From the human T2T-CHM13v2.0 reference genome, Homo sapiens: 64,000 nucleotides of DNA. The stretch lies in assembly GCF_009914755.1 (NCBI RefSeq), contig NC_060926.1. The stretch is one strand, 5' to 3'. The first letter of the stretch is position 1. Each line of letters begins with the position of its first letter. The notes under the pieces were generated by a model. That model saw nothing but the letters and a program-made list of their open reading frames with translations, was not told the DNA's origin and searched no databases. Shown one piece after another: positions 15,142 through 28,185 of the stretch. The position numbers and the translations under genes were made by a program.

Positions 15142-15670
15142 TCAGCAGTGGCTGTGGACAGGTCAGCCTTGGTGAGTGGAAGTCCATGTTGCTCAGCCCA
15201 TGTGTAACCTCCATCCCTGGCACCATGGCCACTTTGTTCATGGGCCCTCTGGGGGATGACAGGAGTGACAGGGGAAAGAGGCTGAGTGATATTCACAGAA
15301 TGGGTCATCCTATCCACTTGATTTTTAAAAATCCTCCTCTGCTGAGGTCACCCATTTGTGAGCACTCACATGGGATATCAATATCTTCACGGTTTTTGAT
15401 GACTCAGAGCGTTCCATCCACATACCTCTCCCTTAAAGTTCTTTGTCACCAATTTTCCGATCATGCTTCTTCCAAGTCCCTGACCATCCAGCCAAACCAT
15501 GGGCTACAGACCGTTAATTCGCATATAATTTTACATCTGTCTATCTTTCCTTCCATGTAAAGTGCACGACCAGGTGCACTGCTTGAAGTTCTCCCACTGA
15601 GAAGGCTTCCCTTCACCACTCTCCTTCAGTGATGTCCTAGAAAGGGCTGTAGTGCTACAGCTGTCCACTT

Positions 15671-16938
15671 TCAGGTGATGCCTGCATATCGTGCAGAACC
15701 ATCAATGAACCAGGCCCTTGTCTTCTTTTCCTCTGTCAATTGATCACAGGGAATTCCCAATGAGGCCATCGGTGCAGGCTGGGGGAGAGAAGGCAGGATG
15801 GCAAGAGTGGAGACCATGGGCATTTGAGCCACTTCCTTATGTAACTTTCTTTTGCCTTCAGGACCTGCTCGAGCCCAATTACATATATACCACTTCCATT
15901 GGATGATGGAGTGCTGCTGTGCATGACCCACTTTATGGCTAGATGGGTCCAAAACACCCAGTTCCTGATAGGCAGTTCGGGTCACATTGGTGACTTGATG
16001 ATCCATAGTCAAACGTTCAGTTTCCACCAAAGCCCAGTAACAGGCCAAGAGCTGTATCTCAAAAGGAGAGTAGTTATTTGCAGAAGATGGCAGGGCCTTG
16101 CTCCAAAATTCTAGAGGCCTCCACTGTGATTCACCTATTGGAGCCTGCCAAAGGCTCCAAAAAGTATCCCTATTTGCCACTGACACCTCAAGCACCGTTG
16201 GATCTGCTGGGTCCTATGGCCCAAGTGGCAGAGCAGCTTGCACAGCAGCCTGGACCTGTTGCAGAGCCTTCTCCTGTTATGCACTCTACTCAAAACTGGC
16301 AGCCTTTTGGGTCACTCAATAAATGGGCTGGAGTAACACACCCAGCTGAGGAATGTGTTGCCTGCAAAATCCAAATAGGGCCACTAGGTGTGTGCCTCTT
16401 TCTTGGTTGTAGGAGGGACCAAATGAAGCAACTTATCCTTCACCTTAGAAGTAATATTTTGACAGACCCCACACCACTGGACCCCTAGAAATTCTACTGA
16501 GGTAGAAGTTCCCTGAATTTTAGTCGGATTTATTTCCCATCCTCTGGCATGCAAATGTCGCACAAATAAGTCGAGTGTGTTTGCTACTTCTTGCTCACTG
16601 GATCCAATCAGCATAATGTCATCAATGTAATGGACTAGTGTGATATCTTGTGGAAGTGAAAAGTGATGAAGATCTCTCCAAATAAGATTTTGACACAAAG
16701 CTGAAGAGTTGATATACCCCTGAGGTAGGACAGCAAAGGTATATTGCTGACCTTGCCAGCTGAAGGCAAGTTGCTTCTGGTGGACCTTATGGACAGGAGT
16801 GGAGAAAAAGGAACTTGCCAAGTCAATGGCTGCATGCAAGGTACCAGCAGATGTATTTATTTGCTTAAGCAATGAAACCACATCTGGTACAGCAGCTGCA
16901 ATTGGAGTCACCACTTGGTTAAGCTTAGAATAATCCAC
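15671..16938 (-). pseudogene. HERV-L reverse transcriptase / RNase H remnants (frameshifted, with stops)
   Basis: ORF 16384-16938: [38 protein letters not shown] 15671-16195 ends in RAWFIDGSARYAG. Confidence 0.92.
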
Positions 16939-17199
16939 TGTAATTCCTCAAGATGCATCTGTCTTCTGCACAGGCCAAATGTGAGAGGTGAATGGAGATG
17001 TGATGAGAATCATCACCCCTGCATCTTTCAAGTCCTTAATGGTAGTGCTAATCTCTGCAATCCTTCCAGGGATGCCATATTGTTTTTTATTTGTTTTGAT
17101 TTACTATTTTGTAGGTAAAGGCAGCTCTAATGGCTTCCATTTGGCCTTTCCCACCATAGTAGCCCTCACCCTACCAGTCAGGGAGCTGATGTGGGGTCC

Positions 17200-19118
17200 T
17201 GCCAGCTGCTAAGTATGTCTATGCAAATTATGCATCCTGGCACTGGGGAAATGACCACAGGATGAGTCTGGGGACCCACTGGACCCACTGTAAGTTGGTC
17301 CTGAGCTAAAACTCTATTGCCTGACCTCCATAATCCCCTACTTTAATAACTGGAGGGCCACAATGACATTTTGGGTCCCCTGGAATCAATGTCACCTCAG
17401 ATCCAGTATACAGTAGTATCCAAAATGTCTGATCATTTCACATTCCCCAATGCACAGTTACCCTGATAAATGGCTGGAGATCTTCTTGGGGAAGGATGGG
17501 AGAAAGATTAACTGCATAAATTGTTGGTAATGTAGTGGGGTCCTTCTTTAATGAGACGCAGCCTCCCATTCATTCAAGGGGTTCTGGGTCTGTAAACTGG
17601 CTTAAGTCTGGAAATTGTTCGAGGGGCTGTGATTCTCTGTTTTTATAATTCGACCTAGAAGCTTTCTGCTTGTATAAATTAAGTAGGAATGCAGTGGGGT
17701 TCCTATCAATTTCACTTCTAGGAACACCGTGATTAATTAGCCAATTCCAGAGCTCTACACAAGTCAGACTATTCTGATTGCCGCTTTGCCTCTGCTGTCC
17801 ATTACAGTAGTTACGCCTAGCTTGCCTTTGATAGTTGATTGCCACCACTTGGCCCCTGCCACCTCAGCATCCAATTATCCCCACTATATTTCAATTTTGT
17901 AGTTGAGTGACTGCAGTTCACTCCGTTAGATCTGACATACAAAGAGGAACAATTACAAGGCTCTTCAAAGATGCAGGTGCTGTCCTCACAAATCTATTTT
18001 GCAAGTCATTGGTCAAGGATATATCTTCGGACCCTCCCAGCTGGGATGAGGAAGTCTAAAGTGACTAATTCATCCCACAGTTCCAATCTCCCTAAGCCTT
18101 TGGATACCTTCCTCTACATTAAACCAAGGGAGATCAGGCATTTCCAGCTCACTCACAGTGGACCATCTTTTAATCCACATTTCAGCTAACCAGGCAAATA
18201 AACTATTAGAACCTTTCTTAACTCCCCGAGCTGAAACATTAAAAACAGGGTCCTACTTAGTGAGCCCAAATCAATAAATTCAGACTGATCCAACTCTATG
18301 TTCCTTCCACCATTATCCCATACCCTTAATATCCATTCCCATGCCTGTTCTCCCGATTTTTGTTTATATAAATTTGAGAGCTCAAACAGTTCTTTTCAAG
18401 CGTAGTGCACCTCTTCATGGGTCACACTCTCAACCTTACCTCTAGGGGCCCTCGGGGACTTTAGTCTAGTTATGGGTCTAGAAGCAAACAGAGGTGTCGG
18501 GGGTGGCTTCTGAGGAGAATCAACATTATCATGCCTGACAACTGCCTCAGGAAAGGCCATCACTATTGCCTCAGGCAGCCCAGGGTTTATCTCCTCAGAC
18601 AAAGGTGAAAAGGCTGATGTCAGCATGGGTCAGGGAGAGGATGTTGTCACTACTGGGGTTGGGGAAGCTGTTCCTTTTGGCAAAAAAGGTCCATCAGAGT
18701 TTACAAACTCAGCGTCCCCAGCTTCATCAGGGTCCTCCCACATGTCCCAATTGCAAGTTGCAGTGTCCCATTCTTTTCCAATCAATGCCCTCACTTTAAC
18801 AGTAGACACCTGGTGAGGCTGTGGATGCATCTTTCATTGCAGGTCAGCCACTCGCATGATAAGAGCTTGTGTTTGTTTTTGCACAATTTCGTCTCTTTCT
18901 CTATAGGAGATAAGACTTTCACTCAGGGCAATCTTAGCAGATTTGAGGCTCAGTATCTGCTTCTGAAGCCAGGAGACAGAATCTCTGAGTTCATCATTTG
19001 CTTTCAACACTTTGTCCCCTGAACTTAGGAGCAACCAACCAGCTTCATTATGTTCCTCAGTTCTCCACATATGGCTGAAGGTATTATGTAAAGTGTCACT
19101 AAACTCCTTGACTCTCAC
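17200..19118 (-). pseudogene. HERV-L gag and protease remnants
   Basis: Gag-like fragments at 18834-19118, 18630-18830, 18396-18626 and 17570-17848 (e.g. VKVRALIGKEWD, LWNWLINHGVPRSEID). Protease active-site region reads LLYTGSEVTLIP at ~17381-17416. Confidence 0.85.
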
Positions 19119-19314
19119 AAGCAGGAATCAGGAGTGTCAAATACATTTATTTTGCGTAACTCTCTAAACACTTCATACCAAGGACTATCAGTGTTCTCCA
19201 TACTATTACAAGTAGAGTCCTTAGCATTTTTAGGTCTAATAATATTAAGTGGCAAACTCCAGAAACCCTGAAACCAATGAAAGAACTCCATCTTTAATAT
19301 TCCATTTCTCTAAA

Positions 19315-19335
19315 ACCACTCCGGGTACCAAAATC
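19315..19335 (-). promoter_or_regulatory. HERV-L primer-binding-site region
   Basis: Minus strand GATTTTGGTACCCGGAGTGGT immediately 3' of the 5' LTR. Confidence 0.75.
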
Positions 19336-19882
19336 TGTATTAGTCGAGGTTCTCTAGAGAAACAGAACTAATATCATATATATTATTATATATCTATATA
19401 TTATATAAATTATATATATATCTATATATAATATAGATACCATATATATGATATAAGATATATAAATATATAGAGGAGTTTATTAAGGATTAAGTATTAT
19501 ATATAAAGGGGAGTTTATTAAGTATTAACTTACATGATCACAAGGTCCCGCAATAGGCTATCTGCAAGCTGAGGAGCAAGGAGAACCAGTCCGAGTCCAA
19601 AAACTGAAGAATGTCTGATGTTTGAGGGCAGGAAGCATCCAGGATGGGAGAAAGATATAGGCTGGGAGGCTAGGCCAGTCTCTCATTTTCACATTTTTCT
19701 GCCTACTTCATATTTGCTGGCAGCTGATTAAATTGTGCCCACCAGATTAACAGTGAATCTACTTCCCCAGCCCACTGACTCAATTGTTAATCTCTTTTGG
19801 AAACACCCTCACAGACACACCCAGGAGCAATACTTTGTATCCTTCAATCCAATCAAGTTGACACTCAGTATTAACCATCAAA
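19336..19882 (-). mobile_element. HERV-L 5' LTR (MLT2A1-type)
   Basis: Homologous to 13265-13816 (about 8% substitutions by eye over the ~360-bp unique part); AT-rich tract at ~19372-19505. Confidence 0.93.
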
Positions 19883-20801
19883 ATGTGCTACAGTAACAAA
19901 TAGCCCTCACATTTCTTGTGCCTTAATCCAACAAAAGATGATATTTCACTTACACAGCATATGCATTGTGAGTCAGCTAGGGGCTGAGCTTTTTGGAGTC
20001 AGTAGGACCCAGGTGACTCCTCCATATTTCCTCCCAGGATTATTACAGCATAGGGATGGGAATGTGCTGAATCATACCGCAGAGTCATGGCTTACTTCAC
20101 AGTAGGCAGGAAAGAGAAATCCTATGATATGCCTGGAAGGCAGAGAGCTGGACATTATTTTGTTAATAGCTCTTCCTCGACTTTTCTTTTTCTTTTTTTT
20201 TTTTTTTTTTTTACTAATATCTCATGATGAGTTTTATTTTGTAACTGTAAAGATAGTACCAAAGATATGAATTTTAACGAAAATGAGGTCAAAATGTGAA
20301 GTTTATTTTTGTCCCATTTTATGAGAAAATATTTATGTGATTAAAAAATAGTATTATCCTACTTTGAACCCTCATTAAAAAATATTAAGTATGATTTTAT
20401 GTGTGCATGTCCTGTGCCCATCCTCTGAATATTTTTACTTCCTGGTAGACCCTCATAACTACATTTTGGAAATAACTCCCTAGGTTAAATAAAATAACAC
20501 TTCTTTCAAAGCAACTTTTTTATGTTAAAATACATATCAAAGCATCAAACTTTTAACAAATCAGCTTTTTAAGTCTATTGGTAATTAAAGGAATGGGACA
20601 TGTAGAAGAGCTTGGGTTGTATCTACACTACTAATGTGTCTCAAATACAGAAGTCTCATGTGCTTTCTTAACCTATTCAGTTACCACATCTTCTGCATGC
20701 CCTTGGGAGGAACCCCACAGGTTACCAGATCTCTATGGTCTTCTGCCCAGGTCTCAGTGGTAACTGGCATTTCACCTTAGTGTCCTCTGCATTTTTCTCA
20801 C

Positions 20802-23055
20802 TGTATTTGTCTGCGTTCACACTGCTATAAAAAATACCCGAGACTGAGTAATTTATAAAGGAAAGTGGTTTAATTGACTCACAGTTTCACATGGCTGGAT
20901 AGGCCTCAGGAAACTTACAATCATGGTGGAAGGCAAAGGGGAAACCAGCACCTTCTTCACAAGGCAGCAGGAGAGAAAGGGAGAAAGGAGGAGCTGCCAA
21001 ACACTCATAAAATACATCAGATCTCATGAGAATTCCCTATCATGAGAACAGCATGGGGGAAACCATAACCATGATCCAGTCACCTCCCACCAGATCCCTT
21101 CCTTGATGAATGGGGATTACAATTTGAGATGAGATTTGGGTGGGGACGCAGGGCCAAACCATATGATTCTCTTTCTGGCCCCTCTCAAATCTCATGTCCT
21201 TTTTGCATTTCAAAACCAATCTTGCCTTCTCAACAATCCCCCAAAGTCTTAACTAATTTCAGCATTAACTCAAATGTTCACAGTCCAAAGTTTTATTTGA
21301 GACAAGGGAACTTCCTTCCTCCTATGAGCCTGTAAAATCAAAAGCAAGTTAGCTACTTTCAAGATACAATGGAGGTACAGGCATTTGGTAAATGCTGACA
21401 TTCCAAATGGAGGAAGTTGGATGAAGCAAAGGGGCTACAGGTCCCATGCAAATCCAAAATCCAGTGGGACAGTCATTAAATCTTAAAGCTCTGAAATGAT
21501 CTCCTTTGATGCCATGTCTCACATGTAGGTCACACTGATACAAGAGATGGGCTCCTAAGGCCTTGGGCAGTTCTGCCCCTGTGGCTCTGAAGGGTATAGC
21601 CCCCACAGCTGTTTTCCCTGGCTGGCATTGAGTGCCTGTGGCATTTCCAGGCACACAGTGCCAGCTGTTGGTGGATCTATCATTCTGGAGTTTGGAGGAT
21701 GGTGACCCTCTTCTTATAGCTCCACTAGGCAGTAATCCAGTGGGGACTCTGTGTGACAGCTCCAACCCCACATTTCCCTTCTGCACTGCCCTAGCAGAGG
21801 TTCTCCATGGGGGCTCCACCCCTGCAGCAGACTTCTGCCCAGACATCTAGGTGTTTCCTTGCATCCTCTGAAACCTAGCTGGATCTTCCCAAAACTCAAC
21901 TCTTGTCTTCTGTGCACCCACAGGCCCAAAACCATATGGAAACTGTCAAGATTTGGGGTTTGCACTCTCTGAAGCCATGGCCCGAGCTATGCCTTGGCCT
22001 CTTTTAGCCATGGCTGGAGCTGGAAAGGCTGGGATGCAGGGCACCAAGTCCTGAGGCTGCACAAAACAGTGGGGCTCTGGGACCGGTCCACAAAATCATT
22101 TTTCCCTCCTAGGGCTCTGGGCCTGTCATGAGAGGGGCTGTGAAGACCTCTGACATGCTCTGAGGACATGTTCCCCATTGTCTTGGTGATTAACATTTGA
22201 CTCCTCATTACTTATGCAAATTTCTTCAGCCAGCTTGAATTTCTTTTCAGAAAATGGATCTTTCTTTTCTGTCACATCGTTAGGCTGCAAATTTTACAAA
22301 CTTTTATATTTTGCTTCCCTTTTAAATATAAGTTCAAATTTTAGATAATCTCTTTCAAGTTCAAAGTTCCAAAGATCTCTAGGGCAGGGGGAAAATGCTG
22401 CCAGCTTCTTTGCTAAAACATAGCAAGAGTGAACTTTGCTCCAGTTCCCAAAAATTTCCTCATCTCCATCTGAGACCATCTCATCCTGGACTTCATTGTC
22501 CATATTACTATCAGCATTTTGGTCAAAACCATTCAACAAGTCTCTAGGAAGATCCAAATTTTTCTGCATCTTTCTGTCTTCTTCTGAGCCCTCCAAACTT
22601 TTCCAGTCTCTGTCCATTACCCAGTTCCAATGTAGCTTCCACATTTTCAGGTTCTCTTTATAGCACCACCCCACTCTACTGGTACCAATTTACTGTATTA
22701 GTCCATTTTCACCACTATAAAGAATACCAGAGACTGGGTAATTTATAAAGGAAAGACATTTAATTGACTCACAGTTCCACTTGACTGGGGAGGCCTCAGA
22801 AAACTTACAATTATGGTGGAAGGCAAAAGGGAAGCAAACACCTTCTTCACAAGATGGCAGGAGGGAGAGAGAGGAAGGAAGAACTGCCAAACGCTTATAA
22901 AAATATCAGATCTCATGAGAACTCCCTATCATGAGAACAGCATGGGGGAAACCACCCCCATGATCCAGCCACCTCCGACCAAGTCTCTTCCTTGACACAT
23001 GGGGATTACAACTCAAGTTGAGATTTGGGTGGGGACACGGAGCCAAATCACATCA
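20802..23055 (-). mobile_element. Full-length THE1D-type MaLR (LTR 20802-21166, internal 21167-22693, LTR 22694-23055)
   Basis: Two ~365-bp THE1 LTRs (ACTTACAATCATGGTGGAAGGCAAAG ... GAGATTTGGGTGGGGAC). Internal MaLR ORF remnant SLEGSEEDRKM ... CPRDLWNFELERD at 22294-22674. TSD CTCAC (20797-20801) / TTCAC (23056-23060). Confidence 0.93.
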
Positions 23056-23504
23056 TTCACATACGCTTTCACAGTGCCCATCAAATACCCCATTTATGTA
23101 ATCTGTATCCTAAACCAGCCTATGCACTCTAATATGCTATCAAATTCTCATCTGATGGTGAATTATCCCTTAAAAAGAGTGATTTTCATAGTTTTGAAGT
23201 AGGGCCATTATTTTTGGCAAGAATTGTGTAAGAAGCTGATTGCTGGCAAGTATGATTTGGTGAGCTCCCTTGGAAACCCAGAGCCTAACTGCCAATGTGC
23301 CTTACACACCCCCATGTCCCTACCATCCACTTCGACCCTGCTCTTCTTTATAAGCCATTCTCTTTAACCAAGCATGAGGCTTCCAGGGGGGCTACAATAA
23401 AAGGCAAGTCTCCCCTGCTTTGTAATCGTCTCGACCACAATCATTTGTGAAATAAGAACGGTGTCAGATTACTCCTCTTCTTCTTTTGTGGTTATTGTGT
23501 TCAT

Positions 23505-23623
23505 CACTAGAGTGTGAGCTCCCTGAACACAGGCACTTTTGTCAGTTTCACCCACTGTGGTATCTGACATGTTAGAAGGATGCCTGGCACAGAGGAGACA
23601 TTCAGCAAAGATTCGTGGAATGA
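23505..23623 (+). mobile_element. L2 LINE 3' end
   Basis: CTAGAGTGTGAGCTCCCTGAACACAGG ... TGCCTGGCACAGAGGAGACATTCAGCAAAGATTCGTGGAATGAA. Confidence 0.7.
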
Positions 23624-23679
23624 AGATCACATTCATACATAGGAACACCTTAGAAAGTGGGACCCAGGGCACACAATTT

Positions 23680-23927
23680 AATGGTTAATATTGTAGATTT
23701 TAGGGAAAACTAGTCCTAGATTTGAATACAAATCATTTCTCTTAGTATTTATGTGTCCTTAGACTTTTATTTAACCCCTAAACTAGTTTCTTTTTATAAA
23801 AGACAGATAATAGGAGAAATTCTCACTATTGGGAAGATCATAAGAGATAATGTTTATAAAACAACCAATGTGGTACCTCACATATAGCAAGTGCTGAATA
23901 ACCTGTAGGTATTATCATTATTATTAA
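23680..23927 (+). mobile_element. MIR SINE
   Basis: CCTAGATTTGAATAC ... TTATTTAACCCC ... GAGATAATGTTTATAAAAC ... CACATATAGCAAGTGCTGAATAA ... TATTATCATTATTATT. Confidence 0.65.
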
Positions 23928-24455
23928 TACCAAGTGGGGGAGAAGGAAGGCATCACACTTTAAGTCTGAGCATGGGAGGTGCTGGGGCAAACCATAATTA
24001 ATGGGGAAGCACTGTATTAGAGCAGAAGGAAGCAAGAGAGACCCCAAAACTTCCCCACTATGTCTCCAAAGTGGCTGTCTGAATTAGGATTTTAGAAAGA
24101 ACTAAGGCATGTGACCTCCATATGTATATTTAAAAACACATAGGTAGGTATATTTATAAAATGAATATTTATTTTTACACCAACATATATGTAGATGTAT
24201 GCAAAAAGTAAATTAAAACCATTTGCATTTGAAAACATTTGAAGAATTTCACAAAGGCTTTGAGGTTCTGTGGGTGGGCCGAGAGTTGTGGGGGTAGGTG
24301 TGAGGGGGGAAATCCCAGAATGTCACAAAACCAGAGATATGGGGTCCATGCTCTAAACACCTGACACACCTCAGAATTTCAATAATATCCAATTATCTTC
24401 ATTTGCACCAGATGAAGGAAATGAAATTGAGTATAATACCTCTGCTATGTTAAAT

Positions 24456-24760
24456 GTTGTTTGTTTTTCTGTTTGTTTTGAAATGGAGTTTTGCTCTTTT
24501 TGCCCAGGCTGGAGTACAATGGCACGACTCAGCTCACTGCAACCTCCATCTCCTGGGTTCAAGTGATTCTCCTGCCTCAGCCTCCCAAGTAGCTGGGATT
24601 ACAGGTGGCTGCCACCATGCCTGGCTGATTTTTGTATTTTTAGTACAGACAAGATTTCACCATGTTGGCCAGGCTGATTTGAACTCGTGATCTCAGGTGA
24701 TCCTCCTGCCTCGGCCTCCCAAAGTGCTGGGATTACAGGCGTGAGCCACTGTGCCTGACC
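24456..24760 (-). mobile_element. AluS (Sq/Sp-like), full length
   Basis: Antisense Alu dimer GGAGTTTTGCTCTTTTTGCCCAGGCTGGAG ... GTGAGCCACTGTGCCTGACC with a degenerate T-rich tail. Confidence 0.95.
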
Positions 24761-26329
24761 TCACATTAACTGTTTATTGGCCTCATGGCCAGGTAATTGA
24801 TCTGAAACAGATAACTTGCTACCTAGCTGCAAAGTAGAAAAATGCGTGCAGTGTTTGTGGCAATGACAGAGTTCTGTGAAGGGTTTGGCTATTTCAGACA
24901 CATGGCATGATCTGTGTGGAAAGAGAGATGTTTGTCTGTATTCTGAGACCTCAAAGGTGTAAGCCATTGGACCACTCTTGTTTTCCAAACATAAGACACA
25001 TTGGCCTTAAGGAAGCAGCCCAAATGACATGATGTTATCTTGCTTTAATCAGTGTACAATGTAGAAAGAATTCAAGATGGGCATTCTATTCCCATACTTC
25101 CAGCACTGATGGCACACAGAGCCCTGGACATTAATTTAGCCTCGAGTATTTCGGTTTCTCCCAGGCAAATGGAAATAATGCCTTTGCTACTTGTATTATA
25201 GAACTTTTGGGAAGATTAAGATGATGGGTACAGAAATACACAGACCAAAAGAATTTGAAGGTGTTAGTGAATTTTTTGCTTTCTTCCTCTTACTAGTGGC
25301 GGCTTTCTTGTTCTTCCTTCTTGTCCTCTTTCTCCCCCTCTCCCTTCTCCCTCCTTCTTGCTTTGTTGGGCCCCTTATCCTTTGGGAAGGAAAAGTTGGT
25401 GAATGTTGTAATAAAAATAAATGAGTTCCCAGTGGGTTGGCCTCACTTTTTCCACCCTCATAATAGACAGGAGGGAAGGTATCCCAGAGATCATCTAGTC
25501 AGTTGTCATTTAACTGAAGAAACTGTTTCTAATCCTAAATAAATCTTATGTAGAATCTGGTATATATAATGTTTTTAAAAGAAGTGCTCTATTTTAAATG
25601 GGAATCCAAGGATGGAAAGTGAGTTTACAGCGTTCCTGTGTAGGACTTCCCCCAAACCACCAAGTTTTACAGAAAACAGCGCAAAACAAAAGTTTCTTCT
25701 CCAACCTTCTCATTTGACATAGGAGAACCTAGAGGATCTGAAGGGTAAAATAACTTGAAGCTAAAGAAAGAATACCTTGTGAGCAGGCCCGTTCAATGAC
25801 TGAAACTGCCATGGAAATTCATTGCCTAGTGTCTGTGTTAAGGGAAGAGAAGGGCTGGAACACATTATGACTTATGAAATACCATAAGATTGTGAAACCT
25901 TCATTCATGGTTTGCTTTGCCTAAAGCAAGTCAAACTCTCCCTTGGCCTTAGTTCTTCATGTGCAGAATGAAAGGGTTGATGAAATGAGCTCCAAGATCC
26001 TATAATTCAGGAGTTCCAGCATTCTTCTTCTTAATGAAGAAAGGCCTCCATAGAAGCAAAATACAGTACAGAAAAAGACTCTTCAGATTCCTACAGCAGG
26101 TATACTCACCCACAATATTTTCTGAATGCCTATCCTGTGCCAGCCATGGTTTTTAGGTATCTGAGACAGCTCCGTGAACAAAGTAGAAAAAAAAATGCAT
26201 TGGTAACATGCAGCTAAAATTCTACCCAAAGTCAGGTTTTTGTGAGATTTTTATACCAATTTATATCAATGAAGTACTTTTGGCAGATCCGCTACACTTA
26301 CCCACTGATGGTGGCCATCTCTAGTAAAT

Positions 26330-26520
26330 AATGCCGATGTTTTATGAAGCGTGTACTTGTGCTGGGGGATTTACATATTTTACTTTATTCTTTACGACAA
26401 CCCTATAAAGTGGGTGTTATTACTCTTTTTACAGATAAGGACACTGAAGCTCAAGGCATTTGCACAAGCTGCCTAAGGCTACTTTTAAAAAGTGTGAAGA
26501 AGTTAGGATTTGCCCCAAAT
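26330..26520 (-). mobile_element. MIR SINE
   Basis: ACAACCCTATAAAGTGGGTGTTATTACTCTTTTTACAGATAAGGACACTGAAGCTCA matches the antisense MIR core. Confidence 0.75.
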
Positions 26521-28079
26521 CCCCTGACAACTCCTTTGTGTTCTCATTCTTCTCCCTCAGCAACCGATGCCCTCAGCCAATGGAAAAGCCAGAGATATAC
26601 TTCCATGGAAAAAAAAAGGGACCATTATAAAGAGTTGCATTTAAAGAAACTCTGTTGGGTAGTTAATTTAAGTGAATTCAACATAGACTATTATAAGTAG
26701 TCTAGAAAATACACTGTGTTACATATGCCCCTTTGCTTTTTGAGCTGGGATGAAAAAATAAGATTTCTGGGGGTAAAGAAGCCTAAAGCCATGGCATCAC
26801 TTGGTCTTCTCCATGGAACAAACTCCACTGCTGCATTAATATTGAGTTGATCTTTAGCGACTGTAATGCCTGCATAACATTTGGTGTCCAAGTTATGGTT
26901 CCATTCTGGTTGCCTGACTTCCTTGTCTCATTGTCTCTGAGTTGAACACGTCAGTTTGTTTTGTAGTCCTCTGTTTATTGATCAGACCCTGTCATCTCCA
27001 AGATGGTCCTTACATGCAATTGAACCCTCCACCTTCCAGACCCTCCTATCCACCTCTCCACAACCTCTGGGCACCCTTTCACCTGGGCTGTCAGAATAAT
27101 GAAGGCTTGATTTCAATACTTTCCCTCATTTCTCTGTTCACTGCTCTGCGGGTTAATGCAGATTCCAAACTTCAAGAAGCAGCTGTTAAACATGTCATTA
27201 ACACTGCTTCGGCTGCAAATGAGACTCTGCTACTGGGATTACTCCGTGAGCTATAGTTTTGTGATGAGCTTTGTCAATCACAGCTGACCTGCTGTGTACC
27301 GAATGGAACTCAGATTATCTTCTTTCTTCCTCTGACTCTTGTCATTTTTTTTCACAAAGAATTACTATTCTACTCCCTGAAAGATTGATTACTTCCACAA
27401 ATAAGAGAGTCTGAGACATTAATACAAAATTCACAGGCTTTTCTTTATCTCAAACCTGCAACTCCCTCTACATTTCCTCCTGGTAATTATATTAGAATTG
27501 TGTACACTAGGAATTGCCATCTGATTATTATGAAACTAGTTTTGTCATGACAAAAATGAGCTTAAGTCGTGTTTTTTTGGAAAATGATCAGTACAGTGCA
27601 CTGGATGAGAGAGAAGGAGATTAAATCCAACTTGCTTTCATCCATGAATGCTTTCATCTCTTTTTCAAACACAGGAAATGATTACCACTGCTATAAGCTG
27701 CAGTTCATATGAGTGAAAAGGATAAAGAAATATTGAAAATTCTGTAACCAACAGTAGGACATAATATAGGTCTCTGGCACCCACTGTGCGACATGTACTT
27801 TATTTTTCTATACTGCCAATGTCAAGAGTTTCAGATTTGAAAGGGAGTCTTACCTTGAGGTGTAACATTATGGACTGAGGAATAAACAAATTGACTTTTT
27901 AAAAGAAAAGCTTAGACAAATTTTTAATAGACAATTAAAAAGAAGGTAGTACTTACAACCTCTAGTAACTATTAGCTGTAGTGAAACATTGGCTCATGTT
28001 TATAATTTGTAAGAGAGAGAAGGTAGAGCCGTCATTCCATCATAGTGTATTTTCTAATGTATCGTCAAGTATACAAAAG

Positions 28080-28185
28080 ATTCTTCAAGAGCAGTGATCA
28101 CAGCCTATTTGCCTTTATATCCCTGATATCTAGTATGTTGTTAGCTAGGTAATGGATAATGAAGTGAGTGAGTGAATGAATGAGT
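28080..28185 (+). mobile_element. L2 3' end fragment
   Basis: CTTTATATCCCTGATATCTAGTA ... GAGTGAGTGAATGAATGAG tail. Confidence 0.5.

Larger units (their letters stand above)
13265..19882 (-). mobile_element. Near full-length HERV-L provirus (MLT2A1 LTR - gag/pro/pol/dUTPase - MLT2A1 LTR), no env
   Basis: Two homologous LTRs, ~5.5 kb internal region, PBS, PPT, RT motifs LPQG and YIDD, RNase H FIDGS, integrase DD35E and dUTPase downstream of integrase. Candidate TSD GTGCT at 13260-13264 and 19885-19889. Confidence 0.96.
13237..20170 (-). mobile_element. Old MLT1 (J/K-like) LTR split by the HERV-L provirus (pieces 13237-13264 and ~19883-20170)
   Basis: TGAATCAGTCAGGGTGGGCTAGGGTGCT joins to GTGCTACAGTAACAAATAGCCCTCACATTTCTTGTGCCTTAA and rebuilds an MLT1-like end. 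Confidence 0.65.

Noticed and set aside
21349-22674. 126-165 aa ORFs inside THE1 internal sequence
   Set aside because: Fragmented remnants of the known MaLR internal ORF, not a cellular gene.
24371-24690. ORFs overlapping Alus (also 39782-40159, 42010-42309, 60386-60607, 62451-62672, 63057-63287)
   Set aside because: Standard Alu-derived pseudo-ORFs.
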